From the NCBI GenBank assembly GCA_900617105.1, contig UYFQ01000206.1:1-37756 (forward strand): DNA of 37,756 nucleotides. Reading direction: 5' to 3'. Below the pieces are notes generated by a model, which saw only the letters and a program-made list of their open reading frames with translations, did not search any database and had not been told where the DNA came from. The DNA comes from Hydrurus foetidus (Eukaryota). Below, piece after piece: positions 1 through 10,309 of the stretch (its first letter is position 1; each line of letters begins with the position of its first letter). Position numbers and translations under genes: made by a program.

Positions 1-1783
1 ATTCAAGTTCCTGCAGGGCCATACGCCATCTGCCGACCATCTCGTTTTTATCCTTTTCTAGGAACGTAAGATTTTTGTGGTCTGTTAGGATTGTGAATTT
101 ACGGTCTCGCAGCAGTGCGTCGAGATAAGTACAGCAATAATATAGCGCGAAGGCTTCTTTTTGTATTACTGACCATTTCAGTTGAGTCTTGGTAAGAGAC
201 TTGCTTACGAGAGCGACGAGTTGTTTTTCTCCGTCGACTTCTTGATACAAATAGCCGCCGATCCCGTAGTCTGACGCATCGGTCATGAGGGTAATGGGCG
301 CTGTATCGTGTATGAAATATAATAAAGGACTCTTTGCAATTAGATCTTTTATCTTTTGAAAAGAATTTGCGGCGTCATCTGTCCAGATTAGCATTGATTG
401 CTTTTTCGCGGCGTGATCTATAATTTTGTGCAGTGGTGCTACCACGTTGGAGTGATTTGGTACATGATCCCGAAAATAATTGGTGAGTCCGAGGAACGAT
501 CTAAGTTCAGTCGTCTTTCGTGGCATAGGAAAGTCGGTCACACCTCTTATCTTTTTGGAACTCATAGTTATACCTTCTTTAGATATTTGTCTACCGACAT
601 ATTCAACTATTCGCACATTTAGCTTTAGCTTTGCGGCTTTTAGTGAAATGTTTTTGTTTTCTAGGCGTTGAAAAAGGATTTCTAATCGCTCGCAGAATTG
701 ATCAAATCCATTACCATAAACGATGATGTCGTCGAGGTATACTTCACAGATTTGGTATATTAGTCCTAAAAGAACTATTGAGGCCATCATTTCTTGGAAA
801 TATGAGGGGGCTCTTTTGGGTCCGAAAGGTAGTCGGGTAAAGTGGTAGATGCCCATAAATGTTATGAAAGCTGTATACACACGTGTACTTAGAGTTAACG
901 GTGCTTGGTGATATCCTGCTGTGAGGTCTATTACACCGAATGTGTCTGCTTTTTGTGATCCTAATCTTGCTAACATTTGTTTAATATTAGGGATTGGCCA
1001 GCTTGCTGATTCCGTTGCGTCGTTGAGGTGACGATAGTCTATACAGAATCGGTATGAACCGTCTGGCTTTGCCGCGAGTGTTACTTGCGAATAGTATGAT
1101 GCCTCTGATTTGACTATTATACCCTGTTCAAGCATAGTTTCAACTTGTTTTCGGATTTCGACTTGTTTTCGTGTAGACGTTGGTCGTGGTGCTACGCGGT
1201 TTTTGAAAACTTTCCACTCTGGATCCCGTACGGGTAGTCCAAAGGGGGGAATTCGCGCGGGCTCTGGTCCGAGTTTGTTGTTGAATAGCTTTATGTGTTT
1301 GACACAAATTGCTCTAATTTTTGCTTGTTGTTCAGGGGTACCATCGATTTGTATGAGATCGATGAGGTACATTTTGTCCTCTGTTGGATTGTCTTGGAAA
1401 GGAGCGAAGGTATCCTTCGACTTGTAGTCAATCTCTTCGGGTCCGAAGGGTTGAACCTCTGGGAGTTCTTCACGCTCCCGGAGTAGAGCAGCAACTAAAC
1501 CACGTGTTTGGGCTGGTGCCTTGGATGAGGGAGTAGGAGTAGCTAATTCCGGACTCCTGTCGGTTGTTACACCTAAATCATTTTGTCGGGGAGGTGACAA
1601 CAAAACTGCTGCCTCGACCGTAGAGTGCAAAATGAACTCATCAGAATCTAGCCTAGCCGCTGCCGCAGCTAAGCTAGTGGGACACCCACATGAAGGAGTG
1701 CATGTCTTGCTTGTACAAGCACCTCGAGCCACCAGGTCGTCTTGCCATCGACTGTCTGTGTCTGAGGGTTTTATCCCCTCCGG
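1..1783 (-). CDS. pol: Gypsy pol: reverse transcriptase and RNase H (frame runs off window start)
   Basis: Manual translation gives DTFAPF, YRFCIDYR, DLTAGYHQAPL, RLPFGPK, YLDDIIVYG (~713-739), TDASDYGIGG and RWRMALQEL, collinear with ORF 22552-25809. Not in the ORF track, presumably because it lacks a stop inside the window. Confidence 0.92.
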
Positions 1784-4691
1784 CTAGTTATAACCGGAGG
1801 TAAGGTTGGAATTGTAATACTCGTAACTGTGTCCGACTCTGCTTCTAGCATGAGTGGAACGTCCACGTGGTTTAATACCATGTTTGTGGATTGATTCAGT
1901 TTTTGTAATGAGTGAATTTTTTCATTTTGGATATTTTCCGGAGATTGGAAGAATTCCGGAATAATTTTAACCAAATTTAGTTTTTATAGTCTCCAATCCT
2001 AAGATTAAGTCGACTTTGGAATCTTCTGCAATTCGCACCGGAAGAGAAAAAGTGTATTTTAAACCGTTTTTGTTAAATGATACAACAATATCAAGCACAG
2101 CAGTGGATTCAATACATTGATTGTTTAGACCCGAACACATCCATATGGGAGAGTCGGTGGTGCGGAGTTGGGGTTCACCACGTAGGCCCCGAAGGACTCT
2201 ACGATTGATTACGTCCCCAACCTGACATCCGGTGTCGATTTGGGCTAAGGCGGCCATGCCGTTATTTTGGTCCATAGCTGGAGGAGGATTTGGGTGGGGA
2301 CCGGTCTCGATCGCGGCGATCTTTGTCTTTGTCCTTTTCCGCTTGGCGCGAGTCGTCTTTGCGGTTGGAGTCGCGGTCGCGGCTGTCAACTCGGTCGCCA
2401 AAGCGGTAGCCGGGGATTGGGTCTGAGGAAGATATATTTGTACTTGTAAGTAATCATCAATCTCGTTAGGTATGATTGTTGATAAAAGCATTTGCATGTT
2501 TGGCAAAATACGATTTTCTGAGATATTTTCCGCATACGGAATTTTGGACTCACGTTTTCCTTTGTACCCGCGGTCTTTGATGTCGCGAGTATCGCGATTT
2601 TCGTTGCGATCGGTGTCGCGATTGTCTTTGCGGTCGTTGTCGCGGTTGGACCGGTCGTTGTTGCGGTTGTTGTTGTTGTTGTTGTTGTTGTTTTGGCTTT
2701 GTTGTTGTTCTTGTTGTTGTTGTTGTTCTTGCGAGGGTCGTCTTTTGCAGCGGGACCCATGTCATTTTCGACGTCGTCTGTTGGGTAGACGTATGTTGCC
2801 GCGCCAGGATTGTTGGTTGTCCTGGTCATTTCGCCATTGAGTAGGACGTTTGGGACGAAATGGTCGTGGCCAATTCTCCTGAACTCTGTTGCCATCGTGG
2901 ATTGGCTCCACGTGCAGCACGTGTTGTTGCAATGAGGGTTCATGAAATTGCGACAATCGTAGCGATTGTGTCCTTGGCGACCGCAGGTGTGGCAATTATC
3001 GACTGTTTTGCTCAGACCTGGGTAGGCGTCGGATTCGCGTTTGGGTATCGTGCGGTAGGAGGCGGAGAGCTGCGTGATGTTGCTGGACGACAATGTGTCG
3101 GGAGTGATTTTGGTCTCGAAGTCGTAACGAAGACCACCCATGTTGGACGCGTTGATAACTGTTTGCCGAGCTTCACTGAGGCAGAGATTCATTCGGCACA
3201 ACATGTTTGGGATGGAATCCTTTTTGTTGTTTCTTGTTTTGTCCTTTGTAATGTTCATGAAGTTTTCAGTGAACTTATTATCAAGAGGGAGCTTTTTGTA
3301 GATGATCTTACAGATCTCATGTTGGCGGTCTGCAGGTATATTGTCGTAGCTGCCGTAGTATCCGAAGAGGATGTCTCGGAGTCGTGCAATTGCCGCCAAC
3401 TCTACGTTTGGGTTTTGCCATTTGATCTTCATTTGCCAGTTTTTCAGGGCAAGGTCCAAGTCATAGGTAGACTCTGTGGCGCGATCACTGAAGAAGAGTT
3501 TCTTGAGATCGGTTGCCATGTCGCGAATGGACAGGAGTTTGTCGTCGATGATGGGCCAGGTTTGACACATTTTGATTGTGTATCCGAGAGTCTTTCGATT
3601 TTGAAGCAGACTGTCTCGGATCACATGGACAGCTTCGTCTTCGATGAGATCCTTCCAAGGTGCATTAAACTGAGGGCGGTGCGCCTGTGTATAGAACTTT
3701 CGGGCTGTGCCGTCCATGTCCTTCAGTAATGTCTCACGTGTTACATAGAACACTTCCTTCATGTTGATGAGGGAGGTTGTGAGTGCTTGGGGTGTTCGTT
3801 GTTGTTCGAAGGTTGTGTCTGCCTCTTCGGTTTTGCGCTTGCGGTTTGAAGTGGCAGCCGCTTTCGTGGAAGCTGTCGCTGACTTCTTTGCAGCTGCTAC
3901 CGTTGCTTTGGACGTTTTGGATCTGGTAGCACGCGTGGGTTTGTCTTCAGATTGGACGGCAGAGAGTGGTTTTGCCTCCCTTGTTTTGGCAAGGGGTTTG
4001 ATTGGCATAGCCTTTTTCTTTTTCGGTTTTGGTGAAGGAGGAGTTGACGCTTCCGACTCACTTTGATCTTCCTCGTCTGATTTAGACTTTGCATCGTCGG
4101 GGTTGTTGCCTTCCTCTTCTTCCTCGTCATTGGGTTGTTCTTCTTCCGCCTCTTCCGAGGCGTTGTCAGACACCGAGATGTTATCATCGTCGGATAGGAT
4201 TTCCTTCGGAGATGTTTTGGTATCGATTTTGTCGTCGCCCTCTTCCGTTTGAGAAGGATTGATATCCTCTTCTTCTTCGGTTTGGGGTCGGATTGGAGAG
4301 CGCTCCTCATCTGACTGTGTAAGTCATTTGTCTCTTGCATCCAGGCTGACAAGTCTTTTAGTTCTTGATCTTCGAGATCAGATCTGTTGTCAGCCTGTTC
4401 TTGCAGCACTTCAAGTCGCATGCGGTTGCGTTTACGTTCTTGTTGTAGCTCCAGGAAGCGTGCTTCATTTGCCGCCTATTCGTCGGATATGCGCTTATGG
4501 GTGCTCGAGGCTTTGATAGCCGATTTGCCCAGCGTCTTCATAAAGTTGGCTATATTGTCTTCTCGAGCGAGACGCTCGAGTTTAGCCTTCTCTTTATCCG
4601 ATAGTAAGAGGATATTTTGGGGTTTGGAGCGTTTGGAATATGAGCTAGCGTCGCTAGAGCTCTCTTTCTTTGGTTTTTGGGCCTTAACCAT
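1784..4691 (-). pseudogene. gag: Gypsy gag-protease, broken by a stop and several 1-bp frameshifts
   Basis: ATG at 4691 (MVKAQKPKK), stop at 4476-4478. ORF pieces 3897-4421, 2386-4173 (CHTCGRQGHNRYDC knuckle) and 1967-2506 (aspartic protease IDTG...DLILG). At least two frameshifts fall in A-runs (~2690, ~1985). Confidence 0.85.
2655..2730 (-). repeat. (AAC)n trinucleotide repeat, poly-Asn tract in gag C-terminus
   Basis: Runs of (gtt)n on the plus strand. Confidence 0.9.
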
Positions 4692-5230
4692 CTTGAAAAC
4701 TTGACCTCGGACATATCGCTGGAACTCTGCGTCTTGGACAGCGACGGAACTCGGACGCGGTGATTCAGGGAAAAGAGGAGTAGGTTGGTAAGTTGTGGGG
4801 ACTGGTAGGTAAAGGATGTGGTAGTAGAAGTCAGGGGGATTGGAATGGTTTGGTGCGATTTCGGGATGAAATCGCACCAAAATTTGGACGTGGACGGTGG
4901 CTTCGTAAGGTACGAAGCTGGGCGTGGGCGCGTTAGATTTCGTTTATGAACGAGTTTGGGAGGTGTTACTTGCTTGCAAGTTCCTTTCCTTCGTAAGCCT
5001 TCGAGTAGAAGAGCTGCACGATATTTTGGGAATAAATCACCAATATTTGGGGTCGTTAACGACTACGATTCAGAGGCTGTCGCGTTGACGAGACCTTTGT
5101 AGTAGCGTTTTGGGTGGTTTTCACTCTTAGAGAACTCAACTTGTTTGCTCAGACTGTTTTACGGTCGTTGCGGGATTTTTGGTTGGGTCGTTTGGGCAAC
5201 TTGGATCTTAGAGATCGCTAGTTGGTTCCA

Positions 5231-5242
5231 AATAGATCTATT
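5231..5242. other. Perfect 12-bp palindrome AATAGATCTATT at PBS position of Gypsy 1
   Basis: Read directly. Overlaps the last LTR base. No TGG tRNA-complementary start. Confidence 0.85.
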
Positions 5243-5457
5243 GTGGCCTCACTAGGATCTGGGCACTGGGAGCGGGACGGCTGGGAGCTGGGGCAAGGGA
5301 AAGTGGGCTACGGGAGCTATCGCTATGAAACAATGTGGTTAGCTTACAGATAAACACAGCAGGTATCATGGCAATGAATCGGATGGATCGGATCGAGGAC
5401 GATCCGATCCGAACGTACGCCTGTACCCGTACAGCCCGTACGGGTGTGCGGGTCACA
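5242..5457 (-). repeat. 5' LTR of Gypsy 1 (216 bp)
   Basis: TGTGGCC...GGTCACA imperfect inverted termini, upstream of gag, interrupts Gypsy 2 gag. Partner LTR not in window. Confidence 0.8.
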
Positions 5458-7500
5458 CCATAAGTGAATCCTTCCATTCCAGATGGAGCTCATTGTTGGC
5501 ATCTGTATAAAACAGGACTGGACAGGCCGCTACTTTGTGTGTAGTATGGCTGCATGAACGACATGGAGGTAGGGGAATCATCGCGATTGGACCCTTCAAA
5601 AGAGCACGCTTTGTTACTCCAGCCGATATTAAGGGCTGGGATTGTGTATTAGGAATACCAGCTTGTTTTTCATAAACTGAAGCTGCGAAGGATCGTTGAT
5701 GAATCAACGGCACCAAAGGCATCATCACATTGTGTGTGGATTTGACAACTGAGTAATCAGAGGACCTCAGAGCAAGTTCATTGTCTGAGGTAATACTGCT
5801 ATATCGTGCAATATGCTCGTTTAGTTCGCGAACGGACGCAATGCACGCTACAAAGCGTGTGTAAGCATCCTCCCAAGTTTCACCATGAGTAGGATTTGCT
5901 TTCTTTCTCTCGAAATAATCAGTTCTCAATTGACTATCCGGTTTTAACTTTTTCTCAATCGTAACTATTAACGCAGCATGCTGCGCCTGAGTGATTGGTT
6001 CAACGATGGAGTAATCGTGTGTTAACGATTTCATCGCGATAAATGTTTGTCTTTCAAGTGCTCGATCAGAGAAGTTGAATCTAATAGGAATTTGTGAAAA
6101 ATTCTCTACTAGTGTTCTAGCAATGTCGGGTTTAGCACCAAAGTACTTTGTAACGATTTGGGCAGCCTGAGCGACTGTAACGTGTTCAAGCCACGTCGCA
6201 AATTTATCTTTCGTAAGAAACACTTGCAAAAGCAAGTCAATTGGGATCACTTGCAAAAGCAAATTGTATGATCTCAGTTGCAGGATAAACTATTAATTGA
6301 CTTAAAGTAAAGTTATTTGCAAAAGCATTCGCATTTCAAGGCTAATTCACCCGAAATTTTGAATGAATCGAGTACAACAAGTGCACTATTTAAGTTAATA
6401 CCACCAGACATGCGTGTATTAAAAAGGTTCTCAAGTTGTTGTGCTCTAGTAATAGTAGGCACAGGTGCAACTTGGGTTGTCACATCAGTTATAGCACTTA
6501 AAAGTGCTATTTGTGATGGATTTTTCTCCGATGATTGCTGTAAAGCACCGGGCTCGGCGAGAAATTCGTCAACGAGTTCGTTGTCACAGAGTTCAGCATA
6601 GTTAGAATCAACTATCTCACCTAACTCTTCGCCAAAGTCACCAGGACTGGAGTCAAACTGGTCAACTATGTCTTCCATGATGGAGGGTGATTTTGTCGCC
6701 AATTTCAAATTGGGTTTCAAGACTTTTGGCCCGGTCAAGGATGTTCTCCCTGCTGAGAGCGGAGTCGCTGCAGCACGCAGGAGGGCAATCTTCGACTTTC
6801 TCCTTGTCAAAGGAGCAATTCTATCGAGATTTCCTACTCGTAATGTAGGATTTCTGTTCGGAGCTTTTTCGAAAGGAAAAATGTCTTCCGGCACCTCGTT
6901 AGAAGCGGGAGTTGCTTCAACAGGACATAATCCCCGGATGTTTTTATCGCTAGGCTGAGAGCTTAGGCTTAAATTGGAGTTTAACTCCGAACTAAAGTGC
7001 GAGTTTTTTCTCGGCGCAGTTTCTGAAACTGAAACTGGGAATTCTATCAGGAAATCGTTGTCCAGCAACAAATTCCGCAAGGTTTGAGTTGCAAACCCTG
7101 TTTCACTGCTGACTAAAGTCGCAGGAGGCCCTGGGAAGGGTGTTCTCGATTTGGAAGTCGGTCTCCTAGGCTTAAAAGTTGCAGTCGCCGAATTGAATCG
7201 GGGTTGTGTTTGGCGTGTGGAAGGAGTGGAATGGAGATTAGAGGTGGCAAATCGCGATGAACTCGCGTCTTCCCGAAGGAGCACAGGTCTTACGACTCTG
7301 GAACGACTTCTCGGTTAAGGAATCGAAGTTTCAACGATAGTTGGGAGATTTTGGCCCGTCGAACCGACTGCTGCCTCTCCTTCTACGGGAGTTGTATCTC
7401 TCCGAAACTGGAGTTCTTCGTTGATAAGACGAAGCTCTTCAAGATAAAGACGACCTCTGAGGAGAGGAACTTTCTGGAAGTCCTCCACGGCGGGATTCGA
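5458..7500 (-). pseudogene. gag: Gypsy 2 gag, interrupted
   Basis: ORFs 6313-7284 and 5453-6262. CRSCSHTTHKVAAC..DANNELHLEWKDS parallels Gypsy 1 CHTCGRQGHNRYDC..HCNNTCCTWSQS. Cut at 5458 by the Gypsy 1 LTR. Confidence 0.7.
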
Positions 7501-7576
7501 GCACTTATCTCAAGGAGATGGAAATGACAAAAAGGGTAGGGTTATAGAAGACGAAAAGAGGGAATTTAAACGGCTG

Positions 7577-7588
7577 AGTGACGTCACT
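7577..7588. other. Perfect 12-bp palindrome AGTGACGTCACT at PBS position of Gypsy 2
   Basis: Read directly. Same register relative to the LTR terminus TGTGGCC as in Gypsy 1. Confidence 0.8.
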
Positions 7589-7782
7589 GTGGCCTAGAAG
7601 GAATCTAGGCTAAAGATGGTGCGAGGGAGAATGCTGGTTAGCTTACCACGAAACTGAGTGGAGAATGTGTAGGATTAGTGTATGTGGCTAACCTAGATGC
7701 CTACCCAGAGTCCTACCCAGAGGTCTACGGAATCTGGGTAGTCTAGGTCGGAACTGGGACCAAGGTCCCCCAGACGACGACA
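7588..7782 (-). repeat. 5' LTR of Gypsy 2 (~195 bp)
   Basis: Plus strand TGTGGCC...CGACA. Shares the TGTGGCCT terminus and the 12-mer TGGTTAGCTTAC with the Gypsy 1 LTR. Sharp drop in GC after 7782. Outer boundary less certain. Confidence 0.65.
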
Positions 7783-7869
7783 GTTGAATCTTTATTTTCT
7801 GTTTTGCATAATTATTTCTAATTAATAGAAAACCTTCGAATGATTTTACTGAGTGAAATTAAGTTTGAA

Positions 7870-8012
7870 GGAAAAAGCATTCGAAAATTTTTAGAAATCA
7901 TTTTCAAATGGTCGAGCATTCGAGGGAAATTATTGGAAATCATTTGTAAATGCTTTATTATTCGAGGAAAATTTATCCTGACCCATTTGTGAAGGTAACA
8001 TCATTCGAAGGT
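7870..8012. repeat. Degenerate ~42-bp tandem repeat (about 4 units)
   Basis: (C/T)ATTCGA recurs at ~7878, 7917, 7959 and 8002, with similar CATTT-containing spacers. Confidence 0.5.
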
Positions 8013-8117
8013 TTCAGAAGAACATTCCTTCATATAACGTATAGTCCGGATGCTTCATTTGCCGCTATCTTCATAATCGGTGTTTTTTTATGAGGGTATC
8101 CGGTTCTCACTGGCTGA

Positions 8118-9449
8118 GGCCACGATTCACCGTGTCGATAGATTTTGACGATAGAATTTGACGATAGAATATTTCACGGTTTACAATTAATTCTATCGAG
8201 TTTCGTTTTCGGCAGCCCTTTTTTTCAGGTAGATTCCGGTTTCTATCGAAAAAAAAGGGCTGCCGAAAACGAAACTCGATAGAATTAATTGAAAACCGTG
8301 AAATAATCTATCGTCAAATTCTATTGTCAAAATCTATCGACTCGGTGAATTCTTGGTCCATAACACCTCGATAAATTTCTGCCAATCACAAAATACGGAA
8401 ACGGTCACTTCCCACATAAGTCTTCCAGTATTCTTCAATCCAATGCTATCGCAGTTCGCTAGATAAGTCGAGATATCATCGCACAATTTCTTCTGGGCTA
8501 TACATCAAGCCAACTTTTTGTCGAGCTGGTTAGCATTAGTGGGGCTGCGTTGTCTAGAGGTAATCTGGTGGATTCAAAAATTATATCGGATTTCTCTCTC
8601 AACGTCCTCGCAATCATGTTTTTTGCCAGCCATATCATACAGAAGCAATCTCAGCTAGCGGAGTCTCGTCGAATCTTTTCTTAACCTATAATAAAAGCAT
8701 ATTTTTGTTGCTCCACTAGCTGGCATCCTTTGTGTAAACATACATGAGCTAATCTGATTGAAAACCATTGAGGAGAAGTCATCATGCAACATGAAAATCA
8801 AAGGTGCAGGGAATCAAACGCATTTCCTAGACTCCGGCACGAGAAAAAGTCAACCAATTCTTAAGGAAAAAATATGGCACTTGAATGTTTACTGAAAGAT
8901 GAGCTCACCATCAACAGGAAGACTACCGACGGCTCCAGATGACCTGAGGTGCGCTCGCACTTTTTCCTGATTCTCGGGTAACAGAAAGAATCACAAAAGG
9001 GTCAGCAAGGTTTTGAAAATCATCAACATAAGTCGCTGCAAAAACAAAATTCAGTTGTAGTCCAGAACAACATTTGAGTATCGAACCTGGTAAAGTTGGG
9101 CTTCTGAAGAAGGCCAAGCTACTCAGAAGCTCCACCGCTAGAGAAATGGTGGAGCTCTGGTATCAGCTAGAATTATGCGCAGAGACGAACATACTGGATG
9201 ACAGTTGGGAATACTTCCAAACTTTGGGTATATTTTCACGGTTCTCACATCCGTAACAGGAAGAATTTAAAATACTGACGTTTAGTGCCCTATTATCATC
9301 AATAAATTTTTGTATTCAATTTCCTTCTACCAAATCACTAATTATTACATGGTCTACAACATGCGCTATTCAGAAGTCAATAACTCGATCATTGAAAATA
9401 GTTGTGGGTGAAAGGCTGAAAAGGTGTTATGGACCAAGGAATTGTGGCC
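8118..9449. mobile_element. PIF/Harbinger-type foldback MITE (~240 bp proper) with a nested insertion in its right TIR
   Basis: ~110-bp arms 8118-8226 and 8248-8351 plus 9444-9449. Termini GGCCAC...GTGGCC. 3-bp TSD TGA (8115-8117, 9450-9452). Confidence 0.85.
8352..9438. mobile_element. Non-autonomous TIR element, 1087 bp, superfamily unassigned
   Basis: Perfect 17-bp TIR CTTGGTCCATAACACCT (8352-8368, 9422-9438). 5-bp TSD GAATT (8347-8351, 9439-9443). Removing it restores the host MITE TIR. Confidence 0.85.
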
Positions 9450-9476
9450 TGATTTCAAAAAGAAGATTTTTAGGTA

Positions 9477-9809
9477 TTACGACCGCAGAATAAAAAATAA
9501 AATGTCCTCTCCAAGGGAGGTTTTATGAACTTACGCAAGGGGGGTACACCCATTTGAGCTCGTAGGGGAAGAAATATTTATTCCGGAGGAGTTTCGGAAA
9601 CGACAGGAAACCGTCAAATGGAGCCTGGGATTTGACACCTTCAGTGTGGGGGGAAAAAAATGAAAAATGGGGAATGTTCCCCGACCCCCACACAGAAGAT
9701 TTCAAATCCCAGCTCCATTTAGCGGTTTCCTGTCGTTTCCAAAGTATTTGAGCACCCCCTTTGATTTCATTTTGAGCGTCGGACCGGACATTTTATTCTG
9801 CGGTCGTAA
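9477..9809. mobile_element. MITE with TA flanks (Tc1/mariner-like), ~333 bp
   Basis: TIR TTACGACCGCAGAATAAAA / TTTTATTCTGCGGTCGTAA flanked by TA. Second internal inverted pair GGAAACGACAGGAAACCG..AAATGGAGC..TGGGATTTGA at ~9596-9635 and ~9702-9740. Confidence 0.75.
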
Positions 9810-9913
9810 TACAACGAAATACACATTTTCCGGAGAATACGGCTATACGTTTTGGTCTTTTCCTTCACAAAGAAATATTTCCGGATAAAAAAACCTTCAC
9901 GAACCCTTCACCT

Positions 9914-10243
9914 TGTTGACGGATCTTCGGTTCAGCCGACACGTACGTGGGTGAGTGTACAGCGGTTGAAGAACGCTCGGTCAAGGCTCGTGAAATAAGC
10001 TTTGGGTTGTCAGTAATCACTTGTTAATTGACTGTGCTTCATCCCTGCTGAAGTCCCCGAGTCCCTTTCAACGCAACAACAAAAGACATCCTACACTACT
10101 TCTTGAAGTACCGAGCCGAAGCACGGGTCCACACATCGTCGTCACGCATGCACGCACACACACACACACACTAATCCGTACGTCCGTACGAATGCATAAG
10201 TACACAGATTGTGTTCGTGTCATAAACTAAGATATCTCCAACA
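9914..10243 (-). repeat. Copia 3' LTR
   Basis: TGTTGACGG...CTCCAACA, direct repeat of 15175-15504. Preceded on the minus strand by a short purine-rich tract GGCATAGGGGTG (10244-10255). Confidence 0.95.
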
Positions 10244-10309
10244 CACCCCTATGCCACATCACAATCATCACTGTTCACGCATCACGCATAATTCTTCACA
10301 AGATAATGT

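Larger units (their letters stand above)
1..5457 (-). mobile_element. Ty3/Gypsy LTR retrotransposon 1 (3' part outside window), degenerate, inserted in gag of Gypsy 2
   Basis: Minus strand order gag(zinc knuckle)-protease-RT-RNase H. Candidate 5' LTR at 5242-5457. Its outer end coincides with the abrupt end of the Gypsy 2 gag ORF. Confidence 0.9.
5458..7782 (-). mobile_element. Ty3/Gypsy LTR retrotransposon 2, 5' part (LTR + gag)
   Basis: gag-like ORFs ending in a knuckle similar to Gypsy 1 gag, plus a candidate LTR at 7588-7782. Confidence 0.75.

Noticed and set aside
1760..1780. SEGFIP-encoding ~17-mer on the plus strand, resembling minus-strand SEGFIP in Gypsy 3 pol
   Set aside because: Short, in a variable linker and of opposite orientation. 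I could not build an inversion model, so treated as coincidence.
2472..4066. Long plus-strand ORFs (2860-3729, 3761-4066, 2472-2840)
   Set aside because: Antisense shadows of Gypsy gag with no independent motifs.
7870..8012. CRISPR-like array
   Set aside because: Units are degenerate along their whole length, with no conserved repeat/unique spacer structure, no cas genes, and a eukaryotic context.
10244..10247. Extending the Copia LTRs by CACC, which follows both copies
   Set aside because: TG...CA termini and the CACCT TSD fix the boundary; the extra match is a PPT/TSD coincidence.
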